Shown here in pieces: positions 54,086 through 63,246 of a stretch of 64,000 nt of DNA (the first letter of the stretch is position 1; every line of letters begins with the position of its first letter). The position numbers and the translations under genes were made by a program. The DNA lies in NCBI GenBank assembly GCA_017450965.1, contig JAFSSQ010000047.1, positions 4,787-68,786 on the forward strand. The letters run 5' to 3'. A model generated the notes under the pieces. That model worked only from the letters and a program-made list of their open reading frames with translations. It ran no database searches and had not been told where the DNA came from. This DNA is from Clostridia bacterium (GTDB lineage Bacteria > Bacillota > Clostridia > Oscillospirales > CAG-272).

Positions 54086-55921
54086 TCACTCGACGGTCAC
54101 GCTCTTGGCAAGATTGCGCGGTTTGTCCACGTCCAGCCCCCGCTCCGCCGCAAGGAAGTACGCCAGCAGCTGGAGCGAGGTCGCGCCCGCGATCGTGGAA
54201 ACGGCGGTGTCGTCCGTCGGGACCGGCAAAATGAAGTCCGCCTCCCCGCGGATGTCCTCCGCGGACTCGGGGCAGAGCGCGAGGATCCGCGCGCCGCGCG
54301 CCTTGACCTCGCGGATGTTGGAGAGCATCTTCTCGAACATGGCGGGGACGGTGCAGCAGGCGACGACCGGCGTGCCCGGCTCGATCAGGCTGATGGTGCC
54401 GTGCTTCAGCTCGCCCGCGGCGTACGCCTCGCTGTGCGTGTAGGTGATCTCCTTCAGCTTCAGCGACCCCTCCATCGCAAGGAACCGGTCGGCTCCCCGC
54501 CCGATGAAGAACATACTCTTCGTTTCCATCAGGGAGTGCGCCGCCGCCCGGATCCCGTCGGTGTCCGCGAGGATCCCGTCGATCTGCGCGGGCAGATCAC
54601 GCTCGAGAAGGGAGACGACCTCCCTCGCCCGCGCCTCCGGGAGCGTGCCGCGCGCCAGCCCGGCGGAAACGGCAAGCAGCGTCATCAGCGCCGCCTGCAC
54701 GGTGTAAGCCTTGGTGGAGCAGACCGAGATCTCCGGTCCCGCCCAGGTGTAGAGGACGTGGTCCGCCTCCCGCGCGATCGAGGAGCCGATCACGTTGACG
54801 ATCCCGAGCGTTTTCGCGCCGCGGGACTTCGCGAGCCGCAGGGCGGCGAGCGTGTCGGCGGTCTCACCGGACTGGGAAACGAGGATCACGAGATCCCCCT
54901 CTCCGACCAGCGGCTCCGCATAGCGGAACTCCGAGGCGATCTCGGTATCCGCGGGGAGCTTGGCGTATTCCTCCAGCTTGCATTTGCCGGCGCAGCCCGC
55001 GAACATCGCGGTCCCGCAGGCGACGATATGGACCTTGTCGATCTTCCGGAAGACGGAAACGTCAAATCCCTCGCCCGAAAAGTCCGGCAGGCCGTTTTTG
55101 ATCCGCGGGGAGAGCGTGTCGCGCAGGGTCTTCGCTTCCTCGTGGATCTCCTTGATCATAAAATGCGGATACCCGCCCTTTTCCGCCGCCTCGACGTCCC
55201 AGGTCGCCGTTTCCAGCGGAGGATGGACCTCCTCGCCCCGGCTGTTTTTCACCGTGACGCCGTCCGGACGGACGACGGCAAAATCCCGCTCGCCGAGCTG
55301 GTAGTAGCGTTTCGTATACCGGAGAATGGCGGTGATGTCGGAGGCGACGTAGTTCTCCCCTTCCCCGACGCCGACGATCAGCGGGCTGCCCATCCGCGCG
55401 GCGTAGACCGTGCCGGGCTCGTCGGCGAAGACGCAGGCGAAGGCGTAGGAGCCGACGAGATCCTGCATCGCGGCGTAGAACGCCGCCGTCTTGTCGCCGA
55501 GTTTTTTATAATAGGAGGTAAGCAGAACGGCCGCGACCTCGGTATCCGTTTCCGAGAGGAAAACGTATCCCTCGCCCCGGAGCCGCTCGCGCAGCTCCGC
55601 GTAGTTCTCGATGATGCCGTTGTGGACCAGCTGCAGCGCGTCCGTCCCGTGGGGGTGGGAGTTGACGTCCGAGGGAGCGCCGTGCGTTGCCCAGCGGGTA
55701 TGCCCGATGCCGCAGGAGGAAGTCTTTGCTTCCGGGCAGGCGTCGACCTTGGCGCCTACGTTCGAGAGGCGCCCCCGCGCCTTCAGGGTGATCAGCTTTC
55801 CCTCCTCGGAAAAGAAAGAGACTCCCGCCGAGTCGTAGCCGCGGTACTCCAGCGCCGCGAGACCCTCAAGCAGCCGCTTGGCCGCTTCCTTTTTGCCGGT
55901 GTAGCCGATAATGCCGCACAT
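54086..55921 (-). CDS. glmS: glutamine--fructose-6-phosphate transaminase
   Basis: MCGIIG, EYRGYDSAG, GHTRWATHG, SQSGETADT, DKPRNLAKSVTVE. Confidence 0.99.
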   Translation of the reverse strand: MCGIIGYTGKKEAAKRLLEGLAALEYRGYDSAGVSFFSEEGKLITLKARGRLSNVGAKVDACPEAKTSSCGIGHTRWATHGAPSDVNSHPHGTDALQLVHNGIIENYAELRERLRGEGYVFLSETDTEVAAVLLTSYYKKLGDKTAAFYAAMQDLVGSYAFACVFADEPGTVYAARMGSPLIVGVGEGENYVASDITAILRYTKRYYQLGERDFAVVRPDGVTVKNSRGEEVHPPLETATWDVEAAEKGGYPHFMIKEIHEEAKTLRDTLSPRIKNGLPDFSGEGFDVSVFRKIDKVHIVACGTAMFAGCAGKCKLEEYAKLPADTEIASEFRYAEPLVGEGDLVILVSQSGETADTLAALRLAKSRGAKTLGIVNVIGSSIAREADHVLYTWAGPEISVCSTKAYTVQAALMTLLAVSAGLARGTLPEARAREVVSLLERDLPAQIDGILADTDGIRAAAHSLMETKSMFFIGRGADRFLAMEGSLKLKEITYTHSEAYAAGELKHGTISLIEPGTPVVACCTVPAMFEKMLSNIREVKARGARILALCPESAEDIRGEADFILPVPTDDTAVSTIAGATSLQLLAYFLAAERGLDVDKPRNLAKSVTVE

Positions 55922-55994
55922 AGAAAAACCGAAGCCCGCGGCGGCGGGGAAACGCCGCGGACCGTCCTTATTCTTTCATTCTCCGCAAAAGACC

Positions 55995-56116
55995 TTTTGT
56001 CCTCCGGTCGCCCGGGGGCTTTGTAGCCTTTCTCCGACAGGAGTGTGCCGTGCGGACATCCGCCGAATCTTCGATCGTCCGCTTCCTCGTCAACCGCCTC
56101 TGCGGTCTGGCGCTGA
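55995..56116 (-). ncRNA. glmS ribozyme
   Basis: Minus strand AGCGCCAG-ACCGC..GCGGT-TGACGAGG...ATCGAAGATTCGGCGGATG...ACAAAG; located in the glmS 5' UTR. Confidence 0.95.
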
Positions 56117-56166
56117 CGGCGCCCGGCGCCGTTTTTTCCCCTGAAAAAGCCTTTCGGCGTTTTTTC

Positions 56167-57525
56167 TCAGTAGCAGGCGAGCCGTTTCCGGATCGCCTCC
56201 GCCGTCTCCGTGGTCAGAGCGGCGATGAAGTCCTCGTCCTCCCCTTCCGCCATCACGCGGATCAGCGGCTCGGTGCCGGAGGGCCGGATCACCAGGCGGC
56301 CGGAGGAGCCGATCCTCTCTTCGGCGCGGCGGACGATCTCCTTGACGTCCGGGTCGGTGAAGAGCGCGATCTTCGCTTCCGGCGAGACGGTGATATTGAC
56401 CATCTTCTGCGGATACTTTTTCATGACCGTCTGCAGCTCGGAGAGCTTCTTCTCCGTCCGGATGAGGGTGGAGAGGAGCTGGACGGCGGTCAGCTGCCCG
56501 TCGCCGGTGGTGGCGAACTCCCGGATGATGATATGCCCGGACTGCTCGCCGCCGAGGGAATAGCCCTCAAGCTGCATCTGCTCGAGCACGTACCGGTCGC
56601 CTACCTTGGTGGCGATGAAGTCGATCCCGTTCTCCTCGCAGAACTTGCCGAACCCGAAGTTGGTCATGATCGTGCCGACGACGGTATCGCGGGCGAGCAC
56701 GCCGCGCCGCTTCATATCGGCCGCCATGACCGCCATGATGACGTCCCCGTCGATGATCTCGCCGTGGTCGTCCACGCAGAGGAAGCGGTCGGCGTCGCCG
56801 TCGAAGGCGAGCCCCGCGTCGAGCTTGTGGGAGATCACGTATTCGCGGAGATTTTCCATGTGGGTGGAGCCGCAGTTTTTGTTGATATTGAGTCCGTCCG
56901 GGGTGTGGAACAGCATGTGGCACTCGGCGCCGAGCCCGCGAAAGAGCTTTTCCGCCGAGACGGAGGCGGAGCCGTTGGCGCAGTCGATCGCCACGCGCAG
57001 CCCGTCAAAGCGGACGTCCGTGGTGCTCTTGATATAGTCGATGTAATCGTCCACAGCGCGCTCGGCGTAACAGACGGTGCCGAGGGAGAGGGGATCCGCG
57101 ACGGTGCAGGGCGGGGTGTTGTCGAGAACGACCGACTCGATCCGCTCCTCCAGCTCATCCGCGAGCTTGAAGCCCTCGCCGTTGAAGATCTTGATGCCGT
57201 TGAACTCCGCGGAATTGTGCGAGGCGGAGATCATCACGCCCGCCGCCGCGCCGTACTTCCGCACGAGGTAGGCGACCGCCGGCGTGGGGACGACGTTGAG
57301 CATCATCACGTCCGCGCCGACCGAGCAGATGCCCGCCGCCAGAGCCGACGCGAGCATCGCGGAGGACTGGCGGGTATCCGTCCCGATCAGGATCTTTTGT
57401 TTTTCCTCCCCTTTTTTGGGGAACAGCACGTTGGCGGCGGCGCGTCCGATCGCAAGCGCTCGCTCACAGGTGAGCATCTCGTTGGCGATCCCGCGTACCC
57501 CGTCCGTTCCGAACAGTCTTCCCAT
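56167..57525 (-). CDS. glmM: phosphoglucosamine mutase
   Basis: LFGTDGVRG, MISASHN, DGDADR, VGDRYV, GGEQSGH, RPSGTEPLIRVM. Confidence 0.98.
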   Translation of the reverse strand: MGRLFGTDGVRGIANEMLTCERALAIGRAAANVLFPKKGEEKQKILIGTDTRQSSAMLASALAAGICSVGADVMMLNVVPTPAVAYLVRKYGAAAGVMISASHNSAEFNGIKIFNGEGFKLADELEERIESVVLDNTPPCTVADPLSLGTVCYAERAVDDYIDYIKSTTDVRFDGLRVAIDCANGSASVSAEKLFRGLGAECHMLFHTPDGLNINKNCGSTHMENLREYVISHKLDAGLAFDGDADRFLCVDDHGEIIDGDVIMAVMAADMKRRGVLARDTVVGTIMTNFGFGKFCEENGIDFIATKVGDRYVLEQMQLEGYSLGGEQSGHIIIREFATTGDGQLTAVQLLSTLIRTEKKLSELQTVMKKYPQKMVNITVSPEAKIALFTDPDVKEIVRRAEERIGSSGRLVIRPSGTEPLIRVMAEGEDEDFIAALTTETAEAIRKRLACY

Positions 57526-57568
57526 GGCTTTTGTCCTTTCCCTTCTCCGCCGGACGCGGAGGACGTTT

Positions 57569-58234
57569 TTAATCGGGACGCTTTTTCTCCGTTTTCTCGC
57601 CCTTGCAGACGCTGTCCGCCGGGACGACGCCGCGCACGCGGCAGAGCGGGTAGACGGTGGTGTTCCGCCCGATCACGCTGCCGGGGCAGAGGACGCTGTT
57701 GCAGCCGACCTCCACCAGATCCCCGACCATCGAGCCGATCTTGCGCAGACCCGTTTCGATCCGCTCCTCCCCGTCGCGCACGACGATGTTCTTGCGGTCG
57801 CTTTTGATATTGGAGGTGATGGCGCCGGCGCCGAGATGCGCCTTCCAGCCGAGGAAGGAGTCCCCGACGTAGTTGAAGTGCGGGACCTGCGCGCCGTCAA
57901 AAAGAACGGCGTTTTTCATCTCGCAGGAATTGCCGAGCACCGCGCCGCGCCCGACGATGGCGGCGGAGCGGATAAAGGCGCAGTGGCGCACCTCCGCCCC
58001 CTCCATCACGATGCAGGGGCCGCCGAGATACGCCGTCGGCGCCACGGAGGCGGACCGGGAGACCCAGATATCCTCCCCGCGCTTTTCATATTCTTCCTCC
58101 GGGAGGGTCGCGCCGAGCGCGCGGATAAAATCCTTCAGCCCCGCCAGCGCTTCCCACGGATACTCCGTTTTCTCAAGCAGCGGAGCGGCGGCGGTTTTGG
58201 TCAGATCGAACAGATCTTTCGTTTTCGGGATCAT
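57569..58234 (-). CDS. stand-alone left-handed beta-helix acetyltransferase (GlmU C-terminal-like)
   Basis: Hexapeptide repeats, HCAFIR, GNSCEMKN, PHFNYVGDS, GAGAITSN; promoter TTGACA-N17-TATACT at 58300-58328. Confidence 0.85.
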   Translation of the reverse strand: MIPKTKDLFDLTKTAAAPLLEKTEYPWEALAGLKDFIRALGATLPEEEYEKRGEDIWVSRSASVAPTAYLGGPCIVMEGAEVRHCAFIRSAAIVGRGAVLGNSCEMKNAVLFDGAQVPHFNYVGDSFLGWKAHLGAGAITSNIKSDRKNIVVRDGEERIETGLRKIGSMVGDLVEVGCNSVLCPGSVIGRNTTVYPLCRVRGVVPADSVCKGEKTEKKRPD

Positions 58235-58403
58235 AGCGTCTTCCTTCTCCGGGCGGGCGGCGCTTTCTTTTCCTGCGCCGCGCCGAACGTACTCATTACA
58301 GTATAGCACGCCGTTTCCTTTCTGTCAAGCAGACGAAGGAGCAAAACGCGCAAAACGGGGAAAAATCCCCGCTCGCGGGGGAGCGGGGAGAGAAACGGGC
58401 CGG

Positions 58404-58955
58404 TTACGTTTTTTTGCGGAAAAAGAACCGCAGAAAGGAAACGACGATCGAGAGCATGACGAACGTCTCGGTGACGACGCCCGCCCAGGCGTGCGTGAAA
58501 AGATTATAGGCAAGCCACATCGGCGAACAGACGAAAAGATTGAGCCGCCGCAGAAGGAGAGGATCGGAGCGCCAGACCGCAAAAACGAACAGGATCATCG
58601 AAACGGGCGGCAGAAGGGAGAGGAGCCCGTCGCAGGAGAGGACGGCGGCGGCGAGAAAGAGGAGAACGAACCCCCACGCCCACGGAGATCGGAAGGGAGA
58701 GGCGTCTTCGGTTTCCCCCGGCAGAGCGCCCCGCTCGGCGCGTCGGTAAACGACGACCCGCAAAAAGACGCCGACGAGATTGGTCAGCGCGCCGGAGAAA
58801 GCGCCGAGCAGGACGAACTGCAGCCCGAACAGGGCGCTTGACGCGATCTGGAAAAAGAGAAGGCGCCGCATATCCTTGAACTGGAAGGAAAAGATGATGA
58901 GAAAGGAGGCGATCCCCCCGACGATATGCGGCAGGACGCTGTGAACAAAATCCAT
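58404..58955 (-). CDS. YgjV-family membrane protein
   Basis: SFQFKDMRRLL, LLGAFSGA..N...R, WLAYN...G...E. Confidence 0.8.
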   Translation of the reverse strand: MDFVHSVLPHIVGGIASFLIIFSFQFKDMRRLLFFQIASSALFGLQFVLLGAFSGALTNLVGVFLRVVVYRRAERGALPGETEDASPFRSPWAWGFVLLFLAAAVLSCDGLLSLLPPVSMILFVFAVWRSDPLLLRRLNLFVCSPMWLAYNLFTHAWAGVVTETFVMLSIVVSFLRFFFRKKT

Positions 58956-58973
58956 ACAAACGCTCTCGGAGCT

Positions 58974-60260
58974 TTATTCTTCGTCTTCTTCCGTTTCCGG
59001 CGTGAGAAGAACGGTGAGTTTCATCACCCGCATATCCGCCATTTCGGCGATGACGATGCAGAGGTTTTTGTAGGTAAAGCTGTCGCCCTCGTGCGGCTCG
59101 CCCTCGAGCATCTCGATCGCCCAGCCGCCGACGGTGGTGTAGTCGGACTCGAAGTCCCGGTCGTCCACCTCCAGCTCCTCGAAGAAGTCGGAGACGTTCA
59201 TATCGCCGGAGACCTCGTAGGTGTTCTCCGCCGTCCGGACGATCTCGGTCTTGATCTCGTCGCTTTCGTCCCAGATATCGCCGACGATCTCCTCCAGCAC
59301 GTCCTCGAGCGTCACGAGCCCCAGCGTGCCGCCGAACTCGTCGGTGACGATGGCGAGGTGCTGCTGTTTCGCGCGCATCTGCCGCAGCGCGGCGGGAAGA
59401 TGCATCGCCTTGTGGAAGAAGATCGGCTCGGTGCAGAGGGAGGAAACGTCGACCTGCTCGCAGCCCTTCTCCGCCACTTCCTTGAAGTAGTTGTTGAGGT
59501 GGAGAACGCCGACGATCTCGTCGATGCTGTCCCGGTAGACGGGCAGCCGGGAGAAGGTGGATTTCATCGCGACCGTGAGGATCTTTTTCGGGTCGTCCTC
59601 GAGATCGACCGTGACCATATCGGTCCGGGGGGTGAGGATCTCGCCGAGGGTCGTTTCGTGGAACTCGATCGCCGACTGGAGGATCTCGCTGCTGCCCTCG
59701 TCGATGACCTTTTCCTCCTCCGCCGTCTCGATGATGCTGACGAGCTCGTCTTCGGTCACGGTGGGCTCGGTCTCGCCCGGTTCCTCGCCGCGCGCGCGGG
59801 CGATCAGGCGGATGATCGCCGTGGAAAGGAGGATCACGGGATAAAAGAGGAGGATCGTAAGCCGGATCGGGAGCGCCACGAGACGGGCGACCGCGTCCGG
59901 CTTGTTCGCAGCGATCAGCTTCGGCGTGATCTCGCCGAAGATGAGGATCACGACCGTCATCACCGCGGTCGAAACGACGGCGGCGAGCTCCGCGCTGCCG
60001 GAGAGCAGCTGCAGAAAGAGCAGGGTGGAAACGGAGGAACAGAGGATATTGACGAGGTTGTTGCCGACAAGGACGCCGGAGAGCATCCGGTCGTAGTCGG
60101 AGGTGACCTTCAGCGCGCGGCGCGCCTTTTTATCGCCCTCCTCCGCCGCCTTCGTGAGGCGGAGCTTGTTGGCCGCGGTCAGCGCCAGCTCCGAGCCGGA
60201 GAAAAAGGCGGAGAGCAGGACGCAGATCACGACGATCAGAATCTGAACGGGACGGCTCAT
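58974..60260 (-). CDS. CNNM/CBS/CorC (HlyC-type) transporter
   Basis: SAFFSGSELA, LVGNNLVN, FGEITPK, TPRTDM, SRLPVY, DEFGGTLGLVTLEDVLEEIVG. Confidence 0.93.
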   Translation of the reverse strand: MSRPVQILIVVICVLLSAFFSGSELALTAANKLRLTKAAEEGDKKARRALKVTSDYDRMLSGVLVGNNLVNILCSSVSTLLFLQLLSGSAELAAVVSTAVMTVVILIFGEITPKLIAANKPDAVARLVALPIRLTILLFYPVILLSTAIIRLIARARGEEPGETEPTVTEDELVSIIETAEEEKVIDEGSSEILQSAIEFHETTLGEILTPRTDMVTVDLEDDPKKILTVAMKSTFSRLPVYRDSIDEIVGVLHLNNYFKEVAEKGCEQVDVSSLCTEPIFFHKAMHLPAALRQMRAKQQHLAIVTDEFGGTLGLVTLEDVLEEIVGDIWDESDEIKTEIVRTAENTYEVSGDMNVSDFFEELEVDDRDFESDYTTVGGWAIEMLEGEPHEGDSFTYKNLCIVIAEMADMRVMKLTVLLTPETEEDEE

Positions 60261-61597
60261 TTCGCTCCCTCCTTTGCGGCGGGAGCGGGGGCGGGCTCCG
60301 CTTTTTTCTTTTTATCGGGAACGCGCAGGCGCAGGATCACGCGGGAGAGCTTGCCCTCGCCGTCAAAATCGGAGGCCTCCACGGTAAGCGAGCCGTAGCG
60401 GAAGCTCTCCTCCTCCTCGGGGAAATGCCCGAGCGCCTCGATCATCCAGACGGCGAGCGGCTTTTGCGTGAGGCGGGGATCCCTCGTGCGGACGCCCATC
60501 CGCCCGAGCGCCTCGCCGACGGTCATCGCCGCGCTCACGTCGTAGGCGTAACCGCCTAACTTGATGAAGTTTTCGTCCACCACGTCGCCCTCGTCCCAGA
60601 TCTCGCCGACGAGCTCCTCGAGGAAGTCCTCGATCGTGGCGATGCCGAGGGTATGCCCCTCGTCGTCCTTGACGACCGCCATATAGATCTTGGAGCTGCG
60701 CATCGAGTCAAAAAGCCCGTGGATCGGGGTATCGGGCGCGACGATAAGCGGCCGGTAGAGAATGGAACGGACGTCCAGCCGGTCGCGGGAAATGTATTTG
60801 CGGAGAAAGGTCCGGATCGGCAGAACGCCGATCACGTTGTCCGGATCGTTTTCGTAGATCGGGATGCGGGAATGACGGGTCTTTTTGATCGCCTCGAGGA
60901 TCTTTTCCTTCGGGAGGCTGACGTCGAGCGCTTCCATATCCTCGCGCACGGTCATCACCTCGGAGACCGCGGTATCGGAAAACTCGATCGCCGATTGCAG
61001 AAGATCGCTGCGCTCCTCGTCGAGCACCCCTTCCTCCTCGCCGTTTTCGATGATCGTCACGAGCTCGTCCTCGGTGTAGGTCGGGTCGCCGGAGGGGGGG
61101 AAGATCTTTTTGAGGATCGCCGAGATCCCCTGAAAAAGGAACGCCGCGGGAAAGAGGAGCGTCATGATCACGCGCAGCGACCCCGCGAGCGCGCAGGCGG
61201 TCTTTTCCGCGTTGGCTTTGGCAAAGGATTTGGGGATCAGCTCGCTCACAAAGAAGACCAGCACGGTCGTGACGGCCGTGGCGTAGGTGGTGACGGTCCC
61301 CTCCCCGGCGACGTCCGCGCCGTAGAGGTTTTTCCACACGGCAAGTCCCAGCACGGTGGAGAGCGAGGCGCAGCCGACGTGCATGAGATTGGTGCCGATC
61401 AGAAGGGTCGTCAGCGCCCGATCGAACTTTGCGGAGATCGAGAGGGCGGCTTTTGCTTTTTTATCTCCGTCCTCCGCCATCGCGCGGAGACGGATCCTGT
61501 TTACGGCCGAATAGGCGCTTTCCGCGGCGGCGAAATACGCCCCGCCAAGCAGAAACAAAAGATAGAGAAGTAATCGCGGCCAACTGTCGCCGTCCAT
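60257..61597 (-). CDS. CNNM/CBS/CorC (HlyC-type) transporter, second paralog
   Basis: FAAAESAYS, SELIPK, HSRIPIY, LGIATIEDFLEELVGEIWDE; promoter TTGACA-N17-TATAAT at 61671-61699. Confidence 0.92.
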   Translation of the reverse strand: MDGDSWPRLLLYLLFLLGGAYFAAAESAYSAVNRIRLRAMAEDGDKKAKAALSISAKFDRALTTLLIGTNLMHVGCASLSTVLGLAVWKNLYGADVAGEGTVTTYATAVTTVLVFFVSELIPKSFAKANAEKTACALAGSLRVIMTLLFPAAFLFQGISAILKKIFPPSGDPTYTEDELVTIIENGEEEGVLDEERSDLLQSAIEFSDTAVSEVMTVREDMEALDVSLPKEKILEAIKKTRHSRIPIYENDPDNVIGVLPIRTFLRKYISRDRLDVRSILYRPLIVAPDTPIHGLFDSMRSSKIYMAVVKDDEGHTLGIATIEDFLEELVGEIWDEGDVVDENFIKLGGYAYDVSAAMTVGEALGRMGVRTRDPRLTQKPLAVWMIEALGHFPEEEESFRYGSLTVEASDFDGEGKLSRVILRLRVPDKKKKAEPAPAPAAKEGAK

Positions 61598-61780
61598 GTA
61601 GGGAGATCAACATCCTTTCAGCGGTCGGATTTTTGCCGGAGCAAATCCCGCTTTTTGCATATTACAGTTTATTATAAAGTTTTCCCCGCTCTTTGTCAAG
61701 CGGGGAAAAGCGCCGAAAACGGGCGGCAGAAGGCGGGAAAAACCGCTTTATCCGGTTTTTCCCGCCTTTTTCCGTGTTTT

Positions 61781-63019
61781 TCAGCGTCTTTTGGAGAAAA
61801 GCCAGTCAAAAAGCCCCTCGGTGTCCGCCGTGGCGCCCCAGATGCCGTGGCCGGCGCCCTCAAAAGCGGTGAAACGCACTTCCAGATCCGGCCTTTTCTC
61901 TTTCAGCGCGTCGCGCATCGCTTCCGCGCTCGCGTACGGGACGGTGGGATCCGCCGTACCGTGGAAGATCCAGATCGGCGTATCGTACCGGTCGGCGTGG
62001 TCGGCGTCTCCCGCGCCGGCGGCGAGCGCCGCGCCGGCGAACACGCCGGGATGCTGACAAAGCGTGAAGTAAACGCCGAAGGCGCCCATGCTCATCCCGT
62101 AGGTATACAGGCGGGAGCGGTCGACCGGAAACGAGGCGAGCGTCGTTTCAAAGAGCTCCCACGCCGCCGCCATGTAGGGGGTCGGCTCGCAGTCGGTGAA
62201 ATTGTACTTCACGTCCTTCCACGACCGGACGGGGACCCACTGGGCGGTCTTCGGACAGCAGGGGGCGACCACGATCACCTCTTCCCCGTAAGAGCTTTTC
62301 TCCAGATTGCGCAAAAACTTCGCCTCTCCCGTATAGATATGGGAGTTATCGTCGCAGCGCACGCCCGCGCTGTGGAGAAAGAAGAGGCAGCCGTAACTCT
62401 TTTGCGGATCGTAGTTTTTCGGGAGCCAGAGCTGATAGAGCAGCTCGATCCCGTTCTGCGCCGGATAAACCGAGGGATTCCAGCCCCCGTGAAATTCGTT
62501 TGAAAGCATCTCGCAGGTTCCTTTCAGGTCGAGACCGCGCGGAACGGCGATCCGCTCCGCGGCGTTCTCAAAATAGGTTTTGTAAAGAACGGCGGCGCCC
62601 GCCGCCGCGGCGGTGTTCGAGCCGCCGGCGACCACGATCTTCTCCCCGATCACGGTGATCCGGTACTCGGCGACCCCGAGCCCCTCGCCGACCGTCTTCG
62701 ATTCCGGCCGCTCCGTTTGGCCGAGGAGGATCTCCTTTTCCTCGGGATCGGCGCTCCCATCCGTGCGGATGAAAAGCTGCCGGCCGCTCACGGCGTAGCC
62801 CTCGCCCTTCATCAGGGATGCCTGCTCGCGCAGGTCGGAGGCGCCGGACGGGATCACGAAGACGTAATACGCGCCCTCCCCGTCGGCAACGGTCAGATCG
62901 TCGCCGGTAAGCGCCCCGCTCTCCGCCGGCGGATCCGTCCCGGCGGGCGGCGCGGGAGCTTTTGCGCAGGCGCCGAGCAAGAAACAAAGAAGAAGACAGA
63001 AGACAAGCGTTCGTTTCAT
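61781..63019 (-). CDS. lipoprotein with N-terminal GH20-N-like domain and alpha/beta-hydrolase domain
   Basis: Lipobox LGAC; EILLGQTERPES..IVVAGGS; LHSAG, GMSMG, HGTADPTV, GAGH. Confidence 0.82.
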   Translation of the reverse strand: MKRTLVFCLLLCFLLGACAKAPAPPAGTDPPAESGALTGDDLTVADGEGAYYVFVIPSGASDLREQASLMKGEGYAVSGRQLFIRTDGSADPEEKEILLGQTERPESKTVGEGLGVAEYRITVIGEKIVVAGGSNTAAAAGAAVLYKTYFENAAERIAVPRGLDLKGTCEMLSNEFHGGWNPSVYPAQNGIELLYQLWLPKNYDPQKSYGCLFFLHSAGVRCDDNSHIYTGEAKFLRNLEKSSYGEEVIVVAPCCPKTAQWVPVRSWKDVKYNFTDCEPTPYMAAAWELFETTLASFPVDRSRLYTYGMSMGAFGVYFTLCQHPGVFAGAALAAGAGDADHADRYDTPIWIFHGTADPTVPYASAEAMRDALKEKRPDLEVRFTAFEGAGHGIWGATADTEGLFDWLFSKRR

Positions 63020-63246
63020 CGTTCGTTTCCTTTCCATTTTTTCTGTTTCCATTATAAACGAGATCCGGCCGTCCTGTCAATGGAAAACCGCGTTTTGCCG
63101 CAAACCGCCCCGCCGCCGGCGGTTTTTGGGCGCAAAAGCCGCCTTTTTGCGGGAACGGTCTTGAAAAAAACGGCGAAAAGCGCTATACTGAAAGCAAGGA
63201 AAAAGCGGCCCGCGAAAAAGAAAAAACGAAGCGAAAGGAACACGGA

